From assembly GCA_963755025.1 (NCBI GenBank), contig CAVWIH010000021.1, positions 17,784-81,783 of the forward strand: a DNA stretch of 64,000 nucleotides, in the 5' to 3' direction. Shown here piece by piece: positions 20,603 to 30,566 of the stretch. Each line of letters opens with the position of its first letter. The first letter of the stretch is position 1. The position numbers and the translations under genes are program-made. A model generated the notes under the pieces. The model was not told the origin of the DNA, did not search any database, and saw nothing but the letters and a program-made list of their open reading frames with translations. This DNA is from an uncultured Actinomycetes bacterium (GTDB lineage: Bacteria > Actinomycetota > Thermoleophilia > UBA2241).

Positions 20603-21211
20603 TCAGCTGCGCCCGAGAGCCGTTTCGGCCTGCAGCAGCCAGCGCTTGCGGGCAAGCCCCGAGGCAAAACCGCGCAGGTCGCCGGCGGCGCCGATCACCC
20701 GGTGGCAGGGCACCACGATCGGCAGCGGGTTGCGCCCCACGGCGGCGCCCACCGCGCGCGCCGCCGTGGGCGCGCCCACCGCGCGCGCCAGCTCCGTGTA
20801 GCTCACGGTCTCGCCGTAGGGCACGCTGAGCAGCGCCCGCCAGACGCGCTCCTGAAAGGCCGTGCCCCGCAGCTCGAGGGGCAGCTCGAACTCACGGCGC
20901 CGCCCGGCGAAGTACTCGGCGAGCTGGCGCCACGCCTCGCCGAGCACACCGCCCGCCACCGCGCTCGCAGCCTCGGCGGCGTTACGCATCTCGCCCGGCT
21001 CGAGCGACTCGCACGGCCCGGCCGTCGCCCGCGGCAGCCCGGCCGTCGCCCGCAGCAGCCCGGCCGTCGCGGGCGGCAGCCCGACCGTCGCGTCGGGCAA
21101 GCGGATCTCGCAGACCGCGCCGGCCCGGGCGGCGATGAAGATCTCGCCGAGCGGGCTGCTCACGGTGGTCGTCGCGACAGCGTCGGCTGCCGTCTCAGTG
21201 AAGGTCGTCAT
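20603..21211 (-). CDS. ogt: Methylated-DNA-protein-cysteine methyltransferase
   Basis: [14 protein letters not shown], active-site PCHRV; internal 21-bp repeats. Confidence 0.93.
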   Translation of the reverse strand: MTTFTETAADAVATTTVSSPLGEIFIAARAGAVCEIRLPDATVGLPPATAGLLRATAGLPRATAGPCESLEPGEMRNAAEAASAVAGGVLGEAWRQLAEYFAGRRREFELPLELRGTAFQERVWRALLSVPYGETVSYTELARAVGAPTAARAVGAAVGRNPLPIVVPCHRVIGAAGDLRGFASGLARKRWLLQAETALGRS

Positions 21212-21404
21212 AGTGCGCCTTTCCTTTGTGATCGACGTCGTGAGCGGCGGGCGCTTGCGCCCGCCGCGTCGGCTCTTGGCTTACTGTGATGGTGCCACCG
21301 CGGGGCGGCTTGGACTGGCGGGTTTCGGCCGCGTACGCGCCGTCGCGCTCAGGCCGGCCGATTCCCGCTAGTCGACCCTCGGCGCGGCGGGTACAGTCAC
21401 CATC

Positions 21405-23033
21405 GTGTTGCCCGATCCCGACACCAGCTACCGCGCCATGCAGAGCCACGACCCGCGCTTCGACGGCTGGTTCTTCGTGGGCGTCACGACGACCGGCATC
21501 TACTGCCGGCCGAGCTGCCCCGCGCGCACGCCGCAGCGCGAACACGTGCGCTTCTTCGCCACGGCGGCGGCCGCCCAGAGCGCCGGCTTTCGCGCCTGCC
21601 TGCGCTGCCGCCCCGACGCGGTGCCCGGCTCGCCGCAGTGGAACCTGCGCGCCGACGCCGCCGGGCGCGCCATGCGCCTGATCGCCGACGGCGTCGTCGA
21701 CCGCGAAGGCGTCGAAGGCCTCGCCCGGCGGCTCGCTTACAGCCCGCGCCACCTGCGGCGAGTGCTGCTCGATGAGCTCGGCGCTGGACCGCTCGATCTG
21801 GCGAGGGCCCAGCGCGCCCAGACCGCCCGCCTGCTGATCGAGACCACCGAGGTGCCCTTCAACGACGTCGCCTTCGCGGCCGGCTTTGCCAGCCTGCGGC
21901 AGTTCAACGACACCGTGCGCGCCGTCTTTGCCATGACGCCCACAGAGATCAGGCGGCGGGCGGAGAGGCGCCGGCCCGCCGGCGCCTCTGGGCCCGCCGC
22001 CGCTCGGGACGCCGTCGCGCGGCATCCCGCCGCACGGGCCGGCGCCGCGCAGGGCGCCGCCGCGCCGCAGGCCGCCGCCGGCGGGCCCGCCGCGCTGCTG
22101 CTGCGGCTGCCGCGCCGCGCGCCGTTCGACGGCGCGGCGCTGCTCGCCTTCTTGCGGGCCCGAGCGATCCCCGGCGTCGAAGAGGTCGAGGGCGATGCCT
22201 ACCGGCGCAGCTTGGCGCTGCCCCACGGCGAGGGCGTCGCCGAGCTCACGAGCCGCGACGACCACGTCGAGTGCCGGCTGTGGCTGGCCGACCTGAGCGA
22301 CCTGGCGGCCGCCGTGGGGCGCTGCCGCGCGCTCTACGACCTGGATGCCGACCCCGCGGCCATCGACGCCGTGCTCGGCGCCGACGCCGTGCTCGGCTCG
22401 CGCGTGGGCGCCGCGCCCGGCCGGCGCGTGCCTGGGGCCGTCGACGGCGCCGAGATCGCCGTGCGCACCGTGGTGGGCCAGCAGGTCTCGGTGGCCGGAG
22501 CGCGCGCCGTGCTCGGGCGCATGGCGGCCGCCCTGGGGCGGCCGCTGGACGCGCCGCGGGGCGCGCTGCGCGTCGCCTTTCCCACGGCCGAGGCGCTCGC
22601 CGCGGCCGACCCGGCACTGCTGCCCATGACCACGGCGCGCCGAAGCACGGTGGTGGCCTTGGCCCAGGCGATCGCCGAGCGACGCCTCGAGGTGAGCGCG
22701 GCCGCCGAACGCGACGAGCTGCGGGCGCGGCTGCGGCTGCTGGCGGGGGTGGGCGAGTGGACCGTCGAGTGCATCATGATGCGCCTGGGCGACACCGACG
22801 CGTTCCCGGCAAGCGACCTGGGCGTGCGCCGCGGGCTGCGGCTGCTGGGGCTGTCCGACGACCGCGCAAGCGTGGGCCGCCTGGCGGAGCCGTGGCGGCC
22901 CTGGCGCGCCTACGCCGTGCAGCACCTGTGGAGCGTGGGCGGCGCAGAGCCGCCGACGGAGCGACCGGTCGCGCGTCGGCGCGCCTCGACGCCGCCGATC
23001 GGACAGCACGGCGCCGTCCCACGCCGGGGCTGA
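21405..23033 (+). CDS. alkA: Ada metal-binding/AraC-AlkA fusion (DNA-3-methyladenine glycosylase II)
   Basis: TGIYCRPSC...CLRC Ada Zn site, AraC HTH, GQQVS, GVGEWT HhH, D.FP.SD, PWRAY. Confidence 0.9.
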   Translation: MLPDPDTSYRAMQSHDPRFDGWFFVGVTTTGIYCRPSCPARTPQREHVRFFATAAAAQSAGFRACLRCRPDAVPGSPQWNLRADAAGRAMRLIADGVVDREGVEGLARRLAYSPRHLRRVLLDELGAGPLDLARAQRAQTARLLIETTEVPFNDVAFAAGFASLRQFNDTVRAVFAMTPTEIRRRAERRRPAGASGPAAARDAVARHPAARAGAAQGAAAPQAAAGGPAALLLRLPRRAPFDGAALLAFLRARAIPGVEEVEGDAYRRSLALPHGEGVAELTSRDDHVECRLWLADLSDLAAAVGRCRALYDLDADPAAIDAVLGADAVLGSRVGAAPGRRVPGAVDGAEIAVRTVVGQQVSVAGARAVLGRMAAALGRPLDAPRGALRVAFPTAEALAAADPALLPMTTARRSTVVALAQAIAERRLEVSAAAERDELRARLRLLAGVGEWTVECIMMRLGDTDAFPASDLGVRRGLRLLGLSDDRASVGRLAEPWRPWRAYAVQHLWSVGGAEPPTERPVARRRASTPPIGQHGAVPRRG

Positions 23034-23065
23034 AGAGCGGCCTCTCGAGCGCCGCCGCGCTCGCG

Positions 23066-23119
23066 CCGGGCGTGACGCGCCGCGCTGGGCGTGACGCGCC
23101 GCGCTGGGCGTGACGCGCC
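23066..23119. repeat. Short tandem repeat (~19 bp x3) between convergent genes
   Basis: GGGCGTGACGCGCC(GCGCT) repeated three times. Confidence 0.8.
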
Positions 23120-23155
23120 CGTGCCGCCACAGCGCTCCCGAGCCGGGCGATGCGC

Positions 23156-24109
23156 TTAAGCCGCCGCCGGCTCGGCGAGGGTCGTCTCGAACCCCACGCG
23201 CCACGAGCGAAAGCAGGGCTCGAAACCGAGCTGCGCCTTGGCCCTGGCGTTGCTCGCGCCGCGCCGCTCGGTGGAGCGGTAGATGAACTCGTCGCGCCCC
23301 AGCACGCGCACGACGAATGCCGGCACGTGACGCGGCGGCGGCGCGCCCAAGCGGGCTGCGTAAACGGGCAGCCACTCCGACTGAGGGGCGGGGTCGTCGT
23401 CGCAGATGTTGTAGACGCCGCTGCGCCCGCTCAGGGCGAGCGCCGTGGCGGCGGCGGCGTCGTCGACGTAGATGAACGAGGTCATGCCGGCGCCGCCGCC
23501 CACTATCGGCAAATGACGGCGGCGCACGAGCTGGGCGAGCGCGCCGTCGGCCGCATACGCGGTGCCCGGTCCGTAGAAGACGCCGTACCGCAGGGCGACC
23601 CCCTCGATGGCCGACGCCCCGACCACGGTCTGCTCGAGGCTCTGGATGGCGGCGGCGTTGCGACGGCGCCCGGCCGGCGTCTCGGGGTCTACGTCGAGAG
23701 GCTGGTCTTCAGCCTTGACCCAGTCGCCACGCGGCGCATAGGCGTGCGCGTAGCTCTGCGCGATCACGCGCCGCGCGCCCGCCGCCCGGGCGGCGTCGAC
23801 CAGGTTGGCCACGCCGGTCGTGCGCAGCCGCACGTTACCGTCGAACTGCGTCTCGTCGCTCGGGGACAGCGTCCGCGGCAGGTCGCTGAGCTCACCGATC
23901 ACTACCTCGGGCCGTTCGGCGGCGAGCAGGTCGTGGAGGCCCTCGCGGTCGAAGACATCGACCACCGCGCTCCGTACGCCCTGGCGGTCCAGGCCGGCGG
24001 CGCGCTCGGGCGACCGGCTCGTGCCGACCACCTCGTGACCGCCGGCCAGGAGCATCGGCGCCAAACTGCGGCCGATCACACCACAGGCCCCGATCAGCAC
24101 GATCTTCAC
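23156..24109 (-). CDS. NAD-dependent epimerase/dehydratase family protein
   Basis: IGACGVIG, LRYGVFYG, FIYVDDAA, YNICDD; GTG start. Confidence 0.85.
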   Translation of the reverse strand: MKIVLIGACGVIGRSLAPMLLAGGHEVVGTSRSPERAAGLDRQGVRSAVVDVFDREGLHDLLAAERPEVVIGELSDLPRTLSPSDETQFDGNVRLRTTGVANLVDAARAAGARRVIAQSYAHAYAPRGDWVKAEDQPLDVDPETPAGRRRNAAAIQSLEQTVVGASAIEGVALRYGVFYGPGTAYAADGALAQLVRRRHLPIVGGGAGMTSFIYVDDAAAATALALSGRSGVYNICDDDPAPQSEWLPVYAARLGAPPPRHVPAFVVRVLGRDEFIYRSTERRGASNARAKAQLGFEPCFRSWRVGFETTLAEPAAA

Positions 24110-24168
24110 TGTCGTCCCTCGTTCACCGACGTCCTTCGGCTCTCGGGCAAGGCGGGCGGCCGGCGCAC

Positions 24169-25032
24169 CTAGGCGGCTTTCACCTGCAGCGCGCCGATCT
24201 GCTCGACCTCGCGCGCCGAGAGCTTGATCTGCGCCGCCGCGACATTCTGCGCGAGGTGCGACGTGGAACCAGTGCCGGGGATCGGCAGCATCACCGGCGA
24301 ACGGGCGAGCAGCCAGGCGATGACGATCTGGAAGGACGTCGCGCCGTGGCGGCGAGCGACGTCGTCGACGACGTCGTGGTCGACGTTGCCCTGGCCGATG
24401 GGGGCCCACGGCAAAAAGGCGATGCCCTCGCGCTCGCAGACGTCGAGCACATCGTCGGAGCGCCGGTCGAGCGGGTTGTAGCGGTTCTGTACCGCGACGA
24501 CCTCGGTCAGCTTACGGGCGCGGCGCAACTCGTCGCGGCTTACGTTGGAGACGCCGATGTGGCGGATCTTGCCCTCGGCCTTGAGCTCGACCAGGGCGCC
24601 GACCGACTCCTCGTAAGGCACCTGCGGGTCGGGGCGATGGAGCTGGTACAGGTCGATGCGCTCGAGGCGCAGGGCGCGCAGGCTGCCCTCGATGGCCTCG
24701 CGCAGGTGCTCCGGGCGGCCGTCGGGCGGCCACTCCCCGGGGCCGGTGCGTAGCAGGCCGCCCTTGGTGGCGATGACGAGGCCCTCGGGGTACGGGTAGA
24801 GCGCCTCGGCGATGAGCTCCTCACTGACCCGCGGACCGTAGCTGTCGGCCGTGTCGATGAAGTCGATGCCGAGCGCCACGGCGCGCTGCAGCACGCGCTT
24901 GGCCTCGTCGCGATCGGGGGGATCGCCCATGATGCCCCGCCCGGTGATGCGCATGGCGCCAAAGCCGAGGCGGGTGACGGTAAGGTCGCCGCCCAAGGTG
25001 ATCGTGCCGGCGACGGCGGAGAGGTCGTTCAT
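24169..25032 (-). CDS. Aldo/keto reductase
   Basis: DTADSYG, IATKGG, IDLYQLH, IGVSN, PIPGT. Confidence 0.93.
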   Translation of the reverse strand: MNDLSAVAGTITLGGDLTVTRLGFGAMRITGRGIMGDPPDRDEAKRVLQRAVALGIDFIDTADSYGPRVSEELIAEALYPYPEGLVIATKGGLLRTGPGEWPPDGRPEHLREAIEGSLRALRLERIDLYQLHRPDPQVPYEESVGALVELKAEGKIRHIGVSNVSRDELRRARKLTEVVAVQNRYNPLDRRSDDVLDVCEREGIAFLPWAPIGQGNVDHDVVDDVARRHGATSFQIVIAWLLARSPVMLPIPGTGSTSHLAQNVAAAQIKLSAREVEQIGALQVKAA

Positions 25033-25072
25033 CTCATCTGTCCTTGTCGTTCGTTTGTCCGCTTACTCTGGC

Positions 25073-25963
25073 TTATGCCCGAAAACGGGCGGCGGGCACG
25101 AACGCCCAGCCATAGTCGCGCGCAAACTGGCCGAAGCCGATCGGCGGACGGCCGGTGAGCCGCTCGACGTCGCTGGTGACGACCGCCAGGCGTCCGGCGC
25201 GCATCTCGGCGCCGAACTCGTGCAGCGCCTCGCTGACCGCGCGCTCGTCGGCGCTCGCGGGCTCACGACCGGAGTCTTCGGGCTCGTCGCGGTAGGCGAT
25301 CGGCCGGCCGGTGACCTCGGTGAGCACCGCCGCCATCTGCGCGCCGGTGAGCGCCTCGGGGCCGGTGAGCGTGAAGACGTCGGCGTCGACCTCGTCGATC
25401 AGGGCGGCCGTGGCGGCAGCGGCGATGTCGCGCACGTCGACGCTGCTCATGGCGGCCGTGCCCAGCGGCAGGCGGAAGCTGTCGTCGCCGCGGATGGAGG
25501 GACCGTAGATCGTCACGAAGTTCTGCATGAACGAGTTGGGCCGCAGCAGGGTGTAGGCGAGGCCCGACCCGACGACGAGCGCTTCGGCCTCGCGGTGCCA
25601 GCGGCTGAGCGTGTCGCGCCCGCCGTCGGCGCAACACAGCGACTGGCGCACGATGCGCTGCACCCCGCACTCGCGGGCCGCCTCGACGGCGGCCTGCACC
25701 TGGGCCACCATCTGCGGCACCTGAGGAGTCAGCAGGTAGAGCGCCTCGACGTCTTGCAGCGCCGCGCGCAGGCTCTCGGGAGCGGCGAAGTCGATCGCCA
25801 CGCGGTCGATGTCGAGGTCTTCTTCGGGCACCAGATCGTCGCGCCGGTGCACGCCGGCCCGCACCAGAGCGCCGGCGCTCACAAGCATGGCCACGAGCTC
25901 GCGCCCCACGGCGCCGCCCGCGCCCGTCACGAGCACGCGGCCCGACGGCGGCTCGTCGCTCAC
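25073..25963 (-). CDS. NmrA-like/SDR NAD(P)-binding protein (start uncertain)
   Basis: VLVTGAGGAVG, LRPNSFMQN, VDVRDIA, LTGPEAL. Confidence 0.85.
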   Translation of the reverse strand: MSDEPPSGRVLVTGAGGAVGRELVAMLVSAGALVRAGVHRRDDLVPEEDLDIDRVAIDFAAPESLRAALQDVEALYLLTPQVPQMVAQVQAAVEAARECGVQRIVRQSLCCADGGRDTLSRWHREAEALVVGSGLAYTLLRPNSFMQNFVTIYGPSIRGDDSFRLPLGTAAMSSVDVRDIAAAATAALIDEVDADVFTLTGPEALTGAQMAAVLTEVTGRPIAYRDEPEDSGREPASADERAVSEALHEFGAEMRAGRLAVVTSDVERLTGRPPIGFGQFARDYGWAFVPAARFRA

Positions 25964-26013
25964 GCTGACGCTGTCGGGAGCCCGTCCATGAGCGACGTTG
26001 TACCCGCCGCGCG

Positions 26014-26592
26014 CTACGCTCTCTCGAACATCGTCGTTCGGCTCAACCGTACGTGCGGCGTCGAGGTGGGCCGCAGGCCGGCCGCCACCGCCAGGTCGAC
26101 GGTCGCGGCGAAGGCGCGCGTCGACACGTGACCGCGAGGCTCGACGAGCAAGAAGCGGCCGCCGGGCTTGAGCGCGGCCGCGACCTCGCCCAGAAAGCGC
26201 GCCACGTCGGGCACCTCGTGGACCATCCAGAAGGCCAGCGCGGCGTCGGCGGGCGGAAGCTCGCCCACGGTGTCGGTCGCGCAAGGTCGCAGCGTGATGC
26301 GCTCGGCAAGCCCGGCGGCGCAGGCGCGCTGGTGCACCCGTTTGAGCATGGCTGCCTGCAGGTCGACGGCCACGACGCGACCCTCGGGACCGACCATCTC
26401 GGCCAGCGGCAGGGTGAAGTAGCCCGGTCCACAGCCGAAGTCGACGGCCGTCTCGCCGGGAGCCGCGAGCCCCGCCAGCACGCGCCGCGGGTTGTGGAAC
26501 AGCCGGCGCAGCGGGGTGGCCAGCCAGCCGGCGTGCTCCGCCGAGCAGACGCCGCCGCCGCCCGCCGCCGCCTGCCCGACCGCGGGCGTCAC
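26014..26592 (-). CDS. Class I SAM-dependent methyltransferase
   Basis: VDFGCGPG, AVDLQ..M, FWMVHEV, LKPGG; GTG overlaps the MFS stop. Confidence 0.85.
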   Translation of the reverse strand: MTPAVGQAAAGGGGVCSAEHAGWLATPLRRLFHNPRRVLAGLAAPGETAVDFGCGPGYFTLPLAEMVGPEGRVVAVDLQAAMLKRVHQRACAAGLAERITLRPCATDTVGELPPADAALAFWMVHEVPDVARFLGEVAAALKPGGRFLLVEPRGHVSTRAFAATVDLAVAAGLRPTSTPHVRLSRTTMFERA

Positions 26593-28209
26593 GGCCGCAT
26601 CTCGGCCGGCGCGGACGCAGCGTCGTCGTCGAGCGTGACGTTCTCGACCTGCTGCGCCACCGCCTCGCGCGCGGCCACGTGGCGCGGCGCGGTGCGGCGG
26701 ATCGTGAGAAAGGCGATGGGCGCGCCGGCGAGCATCATGAGGCCGCTCACCCAGAGCGCCAGGTGCATGCCCGAGGTGAAGCCCATGGCGAAGGCGTTGC
26801 CCACGGTGCGCTGAATGGCGGCCGCGTCGAGACCGGGCGGCAGCTTGCCCGTCGCTGCGCTGCGCCCCTCTTTGGCCATGGTCATGATGGCGTTGCCCAC
26901 GGCGGCCGGCAGGCGCAGCGTGCGCAGGGCGGTCACCATCTGGTCGGTGAAGCGCCGCGTGACGAGCGTGCCGAGCACGGCGATGCCGAACACGCTGCCC
27001 ACCTGGCGCATGGTGTTCGAGGTCGCCGAGGCCATGCCGGCGCGCGCCGCCGGCACGGTGCCCATGATCGCCGTGGTCATGGGGCTCATGATCAGGCCGT
27101 TGCCCACGCCCATGACCAGCAGCCAGTACCAGAACGAGGCGTAGCCGGTGTCGGGCTGCACCGAGGTCAGACAGAGCAGCGCCGTGCCCGTCATGCAGCA
27201 GGCCGACGGTGATCGGCAGGCGAGCGCCGATGCGCCCGACGATGCGCCCCGAGAGGATCGCCGCCGCCATGATGCCCAGTGTGGCGGGGAGCTGCAGCGC
27301 GCCGGCCTGGGTCGGCGAGTAGCCCTGCACCTCCTGCATGAACAGCGAGAGGAAGAAGATCACGCCGAAGAAGGCGAAGCTCACGATCACGCCGACCAGG
27401 TTGGCGCCGGCGAACGTGCCGTTGCGAAAGAACTTGAGCTGCAGCAGCGGCGTCTTGCCGCGCAGCTCGACGACGATGAACAGGCTGAGGGCGATCGCCG
27501 AGACGACGAAGCACGAGACGATGCGCGCCGATGTCCAGCCGTAGCTGTTGGCCTCGATGAAGGCGTAGGTGAGCGCTACCAGGCCGATGACCGCGGTGAC
27601 CTGGCCGACGAGGTCGAGGTCGCGCCCGGCGCGGTCCGACGACTCGGGCACGAACAGCAGCGCCATGACGAGGGCCACAACGCCGATGGGCACGTTGATC
27701 CAGAAGATGCTCTGCCAGTCGAAGCGGTCGACCAGAGAGCCGCCGATCAGCGGGCCCACGGCCAGGGCGAGGCCCGAGATGCCGGCCCACATGCCGATCG
27801 CCCGGGCGCGCTCGCGAGGGTCGGGGAAGGTGTTGGTGAGGATCGACAGCGTGCTCGGCAGCATGAGGGCGCCGCCGATGCCCTGCACCACGCGCGAGCC
27901 GATCAGGAACGACGTCGAGGGCGCCAGAGCGCAGAGCACCGAGCCGCCGGTGAACAGCGCGAGGCCGGCGATGAACGCGCTGCGGCGGCCGAACAGGTCG
28001 CCCAGCGTGCCGCCGGTGAGCAGCAGGCTGGCCAGCGCCAGCACGAAGGCGTCGACGATCCACTGCACCTCGGAGAAGCTCGCGCCCATCTTCACCTGGA
28101 TGGTCTTCAGGGCGAGGTTCACGACGGTGCTGTCGAGCATCACCATGAACAGGGCGAAGCACATGCAGGCCAGGGTGAGCCGTTTTCTGCGTCGCAGGCT
28201 GCCGGTCAT
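26589..28209 (-). CDS. DHA2 (EmrB/QacA) MFS efflux pump, frameshift near 27195
   Basis: LDSTVVNLAL, GDLFGRR, WQSIFWINVPIG; C-terminal half in ORF 26589..27194. Confidence 0.9.
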
Positions 28210-28357
28210 TGCTCCCTCCGTGATGGCGGTGTCGGCGGCAACGCGCGCGGTCGTGGCGACGCCGTCGTTTGCCGGTGCGCCCGCGGTCGTGGCGGCGCCG
28301 TCGCTTGCGGGTGCGCGCCCGCGGTCGTCGTGGCGCCGTCGTTTGCGCCGGCCCCGG

Positions 28358-29041
28358 TCACTGGGGCGCCGACCATTCGCTCTTGAGGCCGTTGACGAAA
28401 GCGCGCAGCAAACGGCGCTGCTGGGCGCGCAGGCGGGCGGCCGTCGTGGGCCGCTGGCGCTGCTCGAGCGTGGCGAGCCCCTGGGCCAGGGCCCAGGCGC
28501 CGTAGGTCATGAACTCGGCGTCCTGCGGCTCGGGCATGGTGAACAGGCCCTCGGCGGCGCCTTCGCGAAAGACGCCCATCACCGTCGCTTCGAGCTCGTC
28601 GTGCTCGGGCGAGTGGGGACCCACGGCGACCGACTCGTGCATGGTGACGATAGCCACGTCGGCCGGGTTGTGGCGTGCGAACTCGAGGTACGCCATGCCG
28701 ATCTCGACGGCGCGCTCGTCGGGCGGCAGCCCCACCGGTACGGCGGCCAGGGCGTCGAGCAGTGCGCCCATGGCGCGGTCGGCGAGCGCCTTGACCACGT
28801 CGTCTTTGTTGTCGAAGTACTTGTAGAGGGCGCCGGGCGAAAAGCCGGCGCGGCGCGCGATCTCGCGCAACGAGAGGTCGGCCGCACCGCGCTCGAGCAG
28901 CACTTCGCGAGCCGCTTCGAGGATCTCGTCGCGGGTCTCGCGGTGGCGCCGCGCGCGGCGCGCGACGAAGCGATCGGCGGGGTCGACGGGGGCCTCGCAG
29001 CGGCGCTGGCGCCCGCCCTCCCCATGGTGTTCGGCTCTCAT
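28358..29041 (-). CDS. TetR-family transcriptional regulator
   Basis: ILEAA...LSLREIARRAGFSPGALYKYF HTH. Confidence 0.9.
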   Translation of the reverse strand: MRAEHHGEGGRQRRCEAPVDPADRFVARRARRHRETRDEILEAAREVLLERGAADLSLREIARRAGFSPGALYKYFDNKDDVVKALADRAMGALLDALAAVPVGLPPDERAVEIGMAYLEFARHNPADVAIVTMHESVAVGPHSPEHDELEATVMGVFREGAAEGLFTMPEPQDAEFMTYGAWALAQGLATLEQRQRPTTAARLRAQQRRLLRAFVNGLKSEWSAPQ

Positions 29042-29128
29042 ATCGTCGCCTCGCCTGTGGTTGTGACCGCGCCCGATCGGGGGTCCGGATCGTAAACGGT
29101 GCTCTCGATCGCGAACATCGTACCGGAT

Positions 29129-29171
29129 AGTGAACGGTGTTCACTTTACGGACTGAACCAGGGCGCGTCAA
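29129..29171 (-). promoter_or_regulatory. Sigma70 promoter with overlapping palindromic TetR operator
   Basis: Minus strand TTGACG, 17 bp, TAAAGT; palindrome AGTGAAC-ggt-GTTCACT (29129-29145); degenerate second copy near 29092. Confidence 0.75.
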
Positions 29172-29309
29172 GCGTCGGCGCACAGGCGCCGTCGTCGACG
29201 CGTGGAAGGGCTGCCTGGTGAAGCGCTCGGCCCCAGCTCAACGCCTCGACGCTGCGCCGCAAGAGGAAGACTTCTCTCGCCAGTACCGCGCATCGGAGGT
29301 CGTAGTCAC

Positions 29310-29696
29310 ATGAAACGAGTCACCGGCATCGGCGGCGTCTTTTTCAAGGCCAAGGACGCCCCCTCGCTGCAAGCCTGGTACAAGCGGCACCTGGGGATCG
29401 ACGTCCAGGTCTGGGGCGGCGCCGCCTTCACCTGGACCGACGCCGAGGGCAAGCCGATCGCAGGTACGACGGTCTGGTCCATCGGACCGCAAGAGGACGA
29501 TCGCTTTGCGCCAAGCTCTGCTTCGTTCATGGTCAACTACCGGGTGGACGACCTCCACGCCCTGGTCGAAGTCTTGAAGGAAGAAGGCTGCACTGTGCTC
29601 GAGACGATCGACGAATCCGAGTTCGGCAAGTTCGCCTGGGTCATCGATCCAGAGGGGAACAAGGTCGAACTGTGGCAGCCGCCGCCGGGCCAGTGA
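29310..29696 (+). CDS. VOC/glyoxalase-bleomycin resistance family protein
   Basis: RVTGIGGVFF, FMVNYRV, GKFAWVIDPEGNKVELW. Confidence 0.9.
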   Translation: MKRVTGIGGVFFKAKDAPSLQAWYKRHLGIDVQVWGGAAFTWTDAEGKPIAGTTVWSIGPQEDDRFAPSSASFMVNYRVDDLHALVEVLKEEGCTVLETIDESEFGKFAWVIDPEGNKVELWQPPPGQ

Positions 29697-29771
29697 GAGG
29701 ACCGCGAACGCCTCCGGCCCGCGAGTAGTACGGTTACAGCTTCGTCCCTCACGACAGTCCCGGAGGTTCTG

Positions 29772-30149
29772 GTGACAGACAAGACCGTTGCTCAGAAGGC
29801 ACGCGTGAGGCCAGGCACCACGATCGCGGTACTCAATCGGGTCGCCGGCGTGGTCGAGTCGCTGGGACTCCCCGAAGATGCGACGTTCGTCGAGCCCACC
29901 GATGCACACCTCGTGTTCTTGTTCGTCAGCAGCCGCGACGAGCTCGAGGCGCAGATGCCCCCGGCGGTGGCGGCGCTCGCCCCTGGGGCGGCGATCTGGG
30001 TCTTCTTCCGTAAGGGGTCCAAGACCGCCGGCCTCGACATGAACCGTGACACCGTCTGGGGTGTCGCCGAGCGGCTCGACCTTCGGCCCCTCGGCCTGTT
30101 AGGGGTCGACGACACCTGGTCTGCGTTTCGGCTGCGCCGCGCTCAGTAG
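29772..30149 (+). CDS. DUF3052-like hypothetical protein
   Basis: WVFFRKGS..D.NRD, VDDTWSAFRLR; GGAGG RBS. Confidence 0.7.
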   Translation: MTDKTVAQKARVRPGTTIAVLNRVAGVVESLGLPEDATFVEPTDAHLVFLFVSSRDELEAQMPPAVAALAPGAAIWVFFRKGSKTAGLDMNRDTVWGVAERLDLRPLGLLGVDDTWSAFRLRRAQ

Positions 30150-30175
30150 CAGGCCAGGCACGGCCTCAGGATTTC

Positions 30176-30266
30176 GCCGAACAAGCGAACCGAACAGAGC
30201 GGCCGGCAGTATGATGGAGCTCGGAGCCGCGCTTGGTTCGTGCAGCTCCCAGGCAACACGTTGGGC
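30176..30266 (+). other. attC-like site (degenerate)
   Basis: GCCGAAC...GTTGGGC ends 91 bp apart with an imperfect internal inverted repeat, downstream of a gene stop. Confidence 0.4.
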
Positions 30267-30566
30267 CGGCGGCGACGTGGATGGTGAACGACGGGTTCTC
30301 GGGCTCTGGATCGTGGGCTGGCTCGCCATCGGCGCCCTCGACCTGGGACTCGGACTCAACAACGCCGCGCCCCACGAGATCCTGACCCTGGCCGGTGCTC
30401 GGCCCTGGGCCGGGCCTCGCGACGATTGAGGTCACCGCACGGCGGCTCTGGAGCCGAACCCCTGCGAGCCGTTTTGCCCCTTGCCCTTTGCCGGTCATCC
30501 CCTCAGGGTGGGAACGGCAGCCCGCGCCGGTCACGCGCGGCACGCCGGACAGAAACAGGAGCGCAA

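Noticed and set aside
26014-28209. 731-aa MFS-methyltransferase fusion ORF
   Set aside because: Caused by a frameshift near 27195; the MFS C-terminus is in another frame and ends at 26589.
30211-30429. 72-aa ORF in the accessory region
   Set aside because: It overlaps the attC-like element and has no recognisable motif; it may be a gene remnant but cannot be supported as a CDS.
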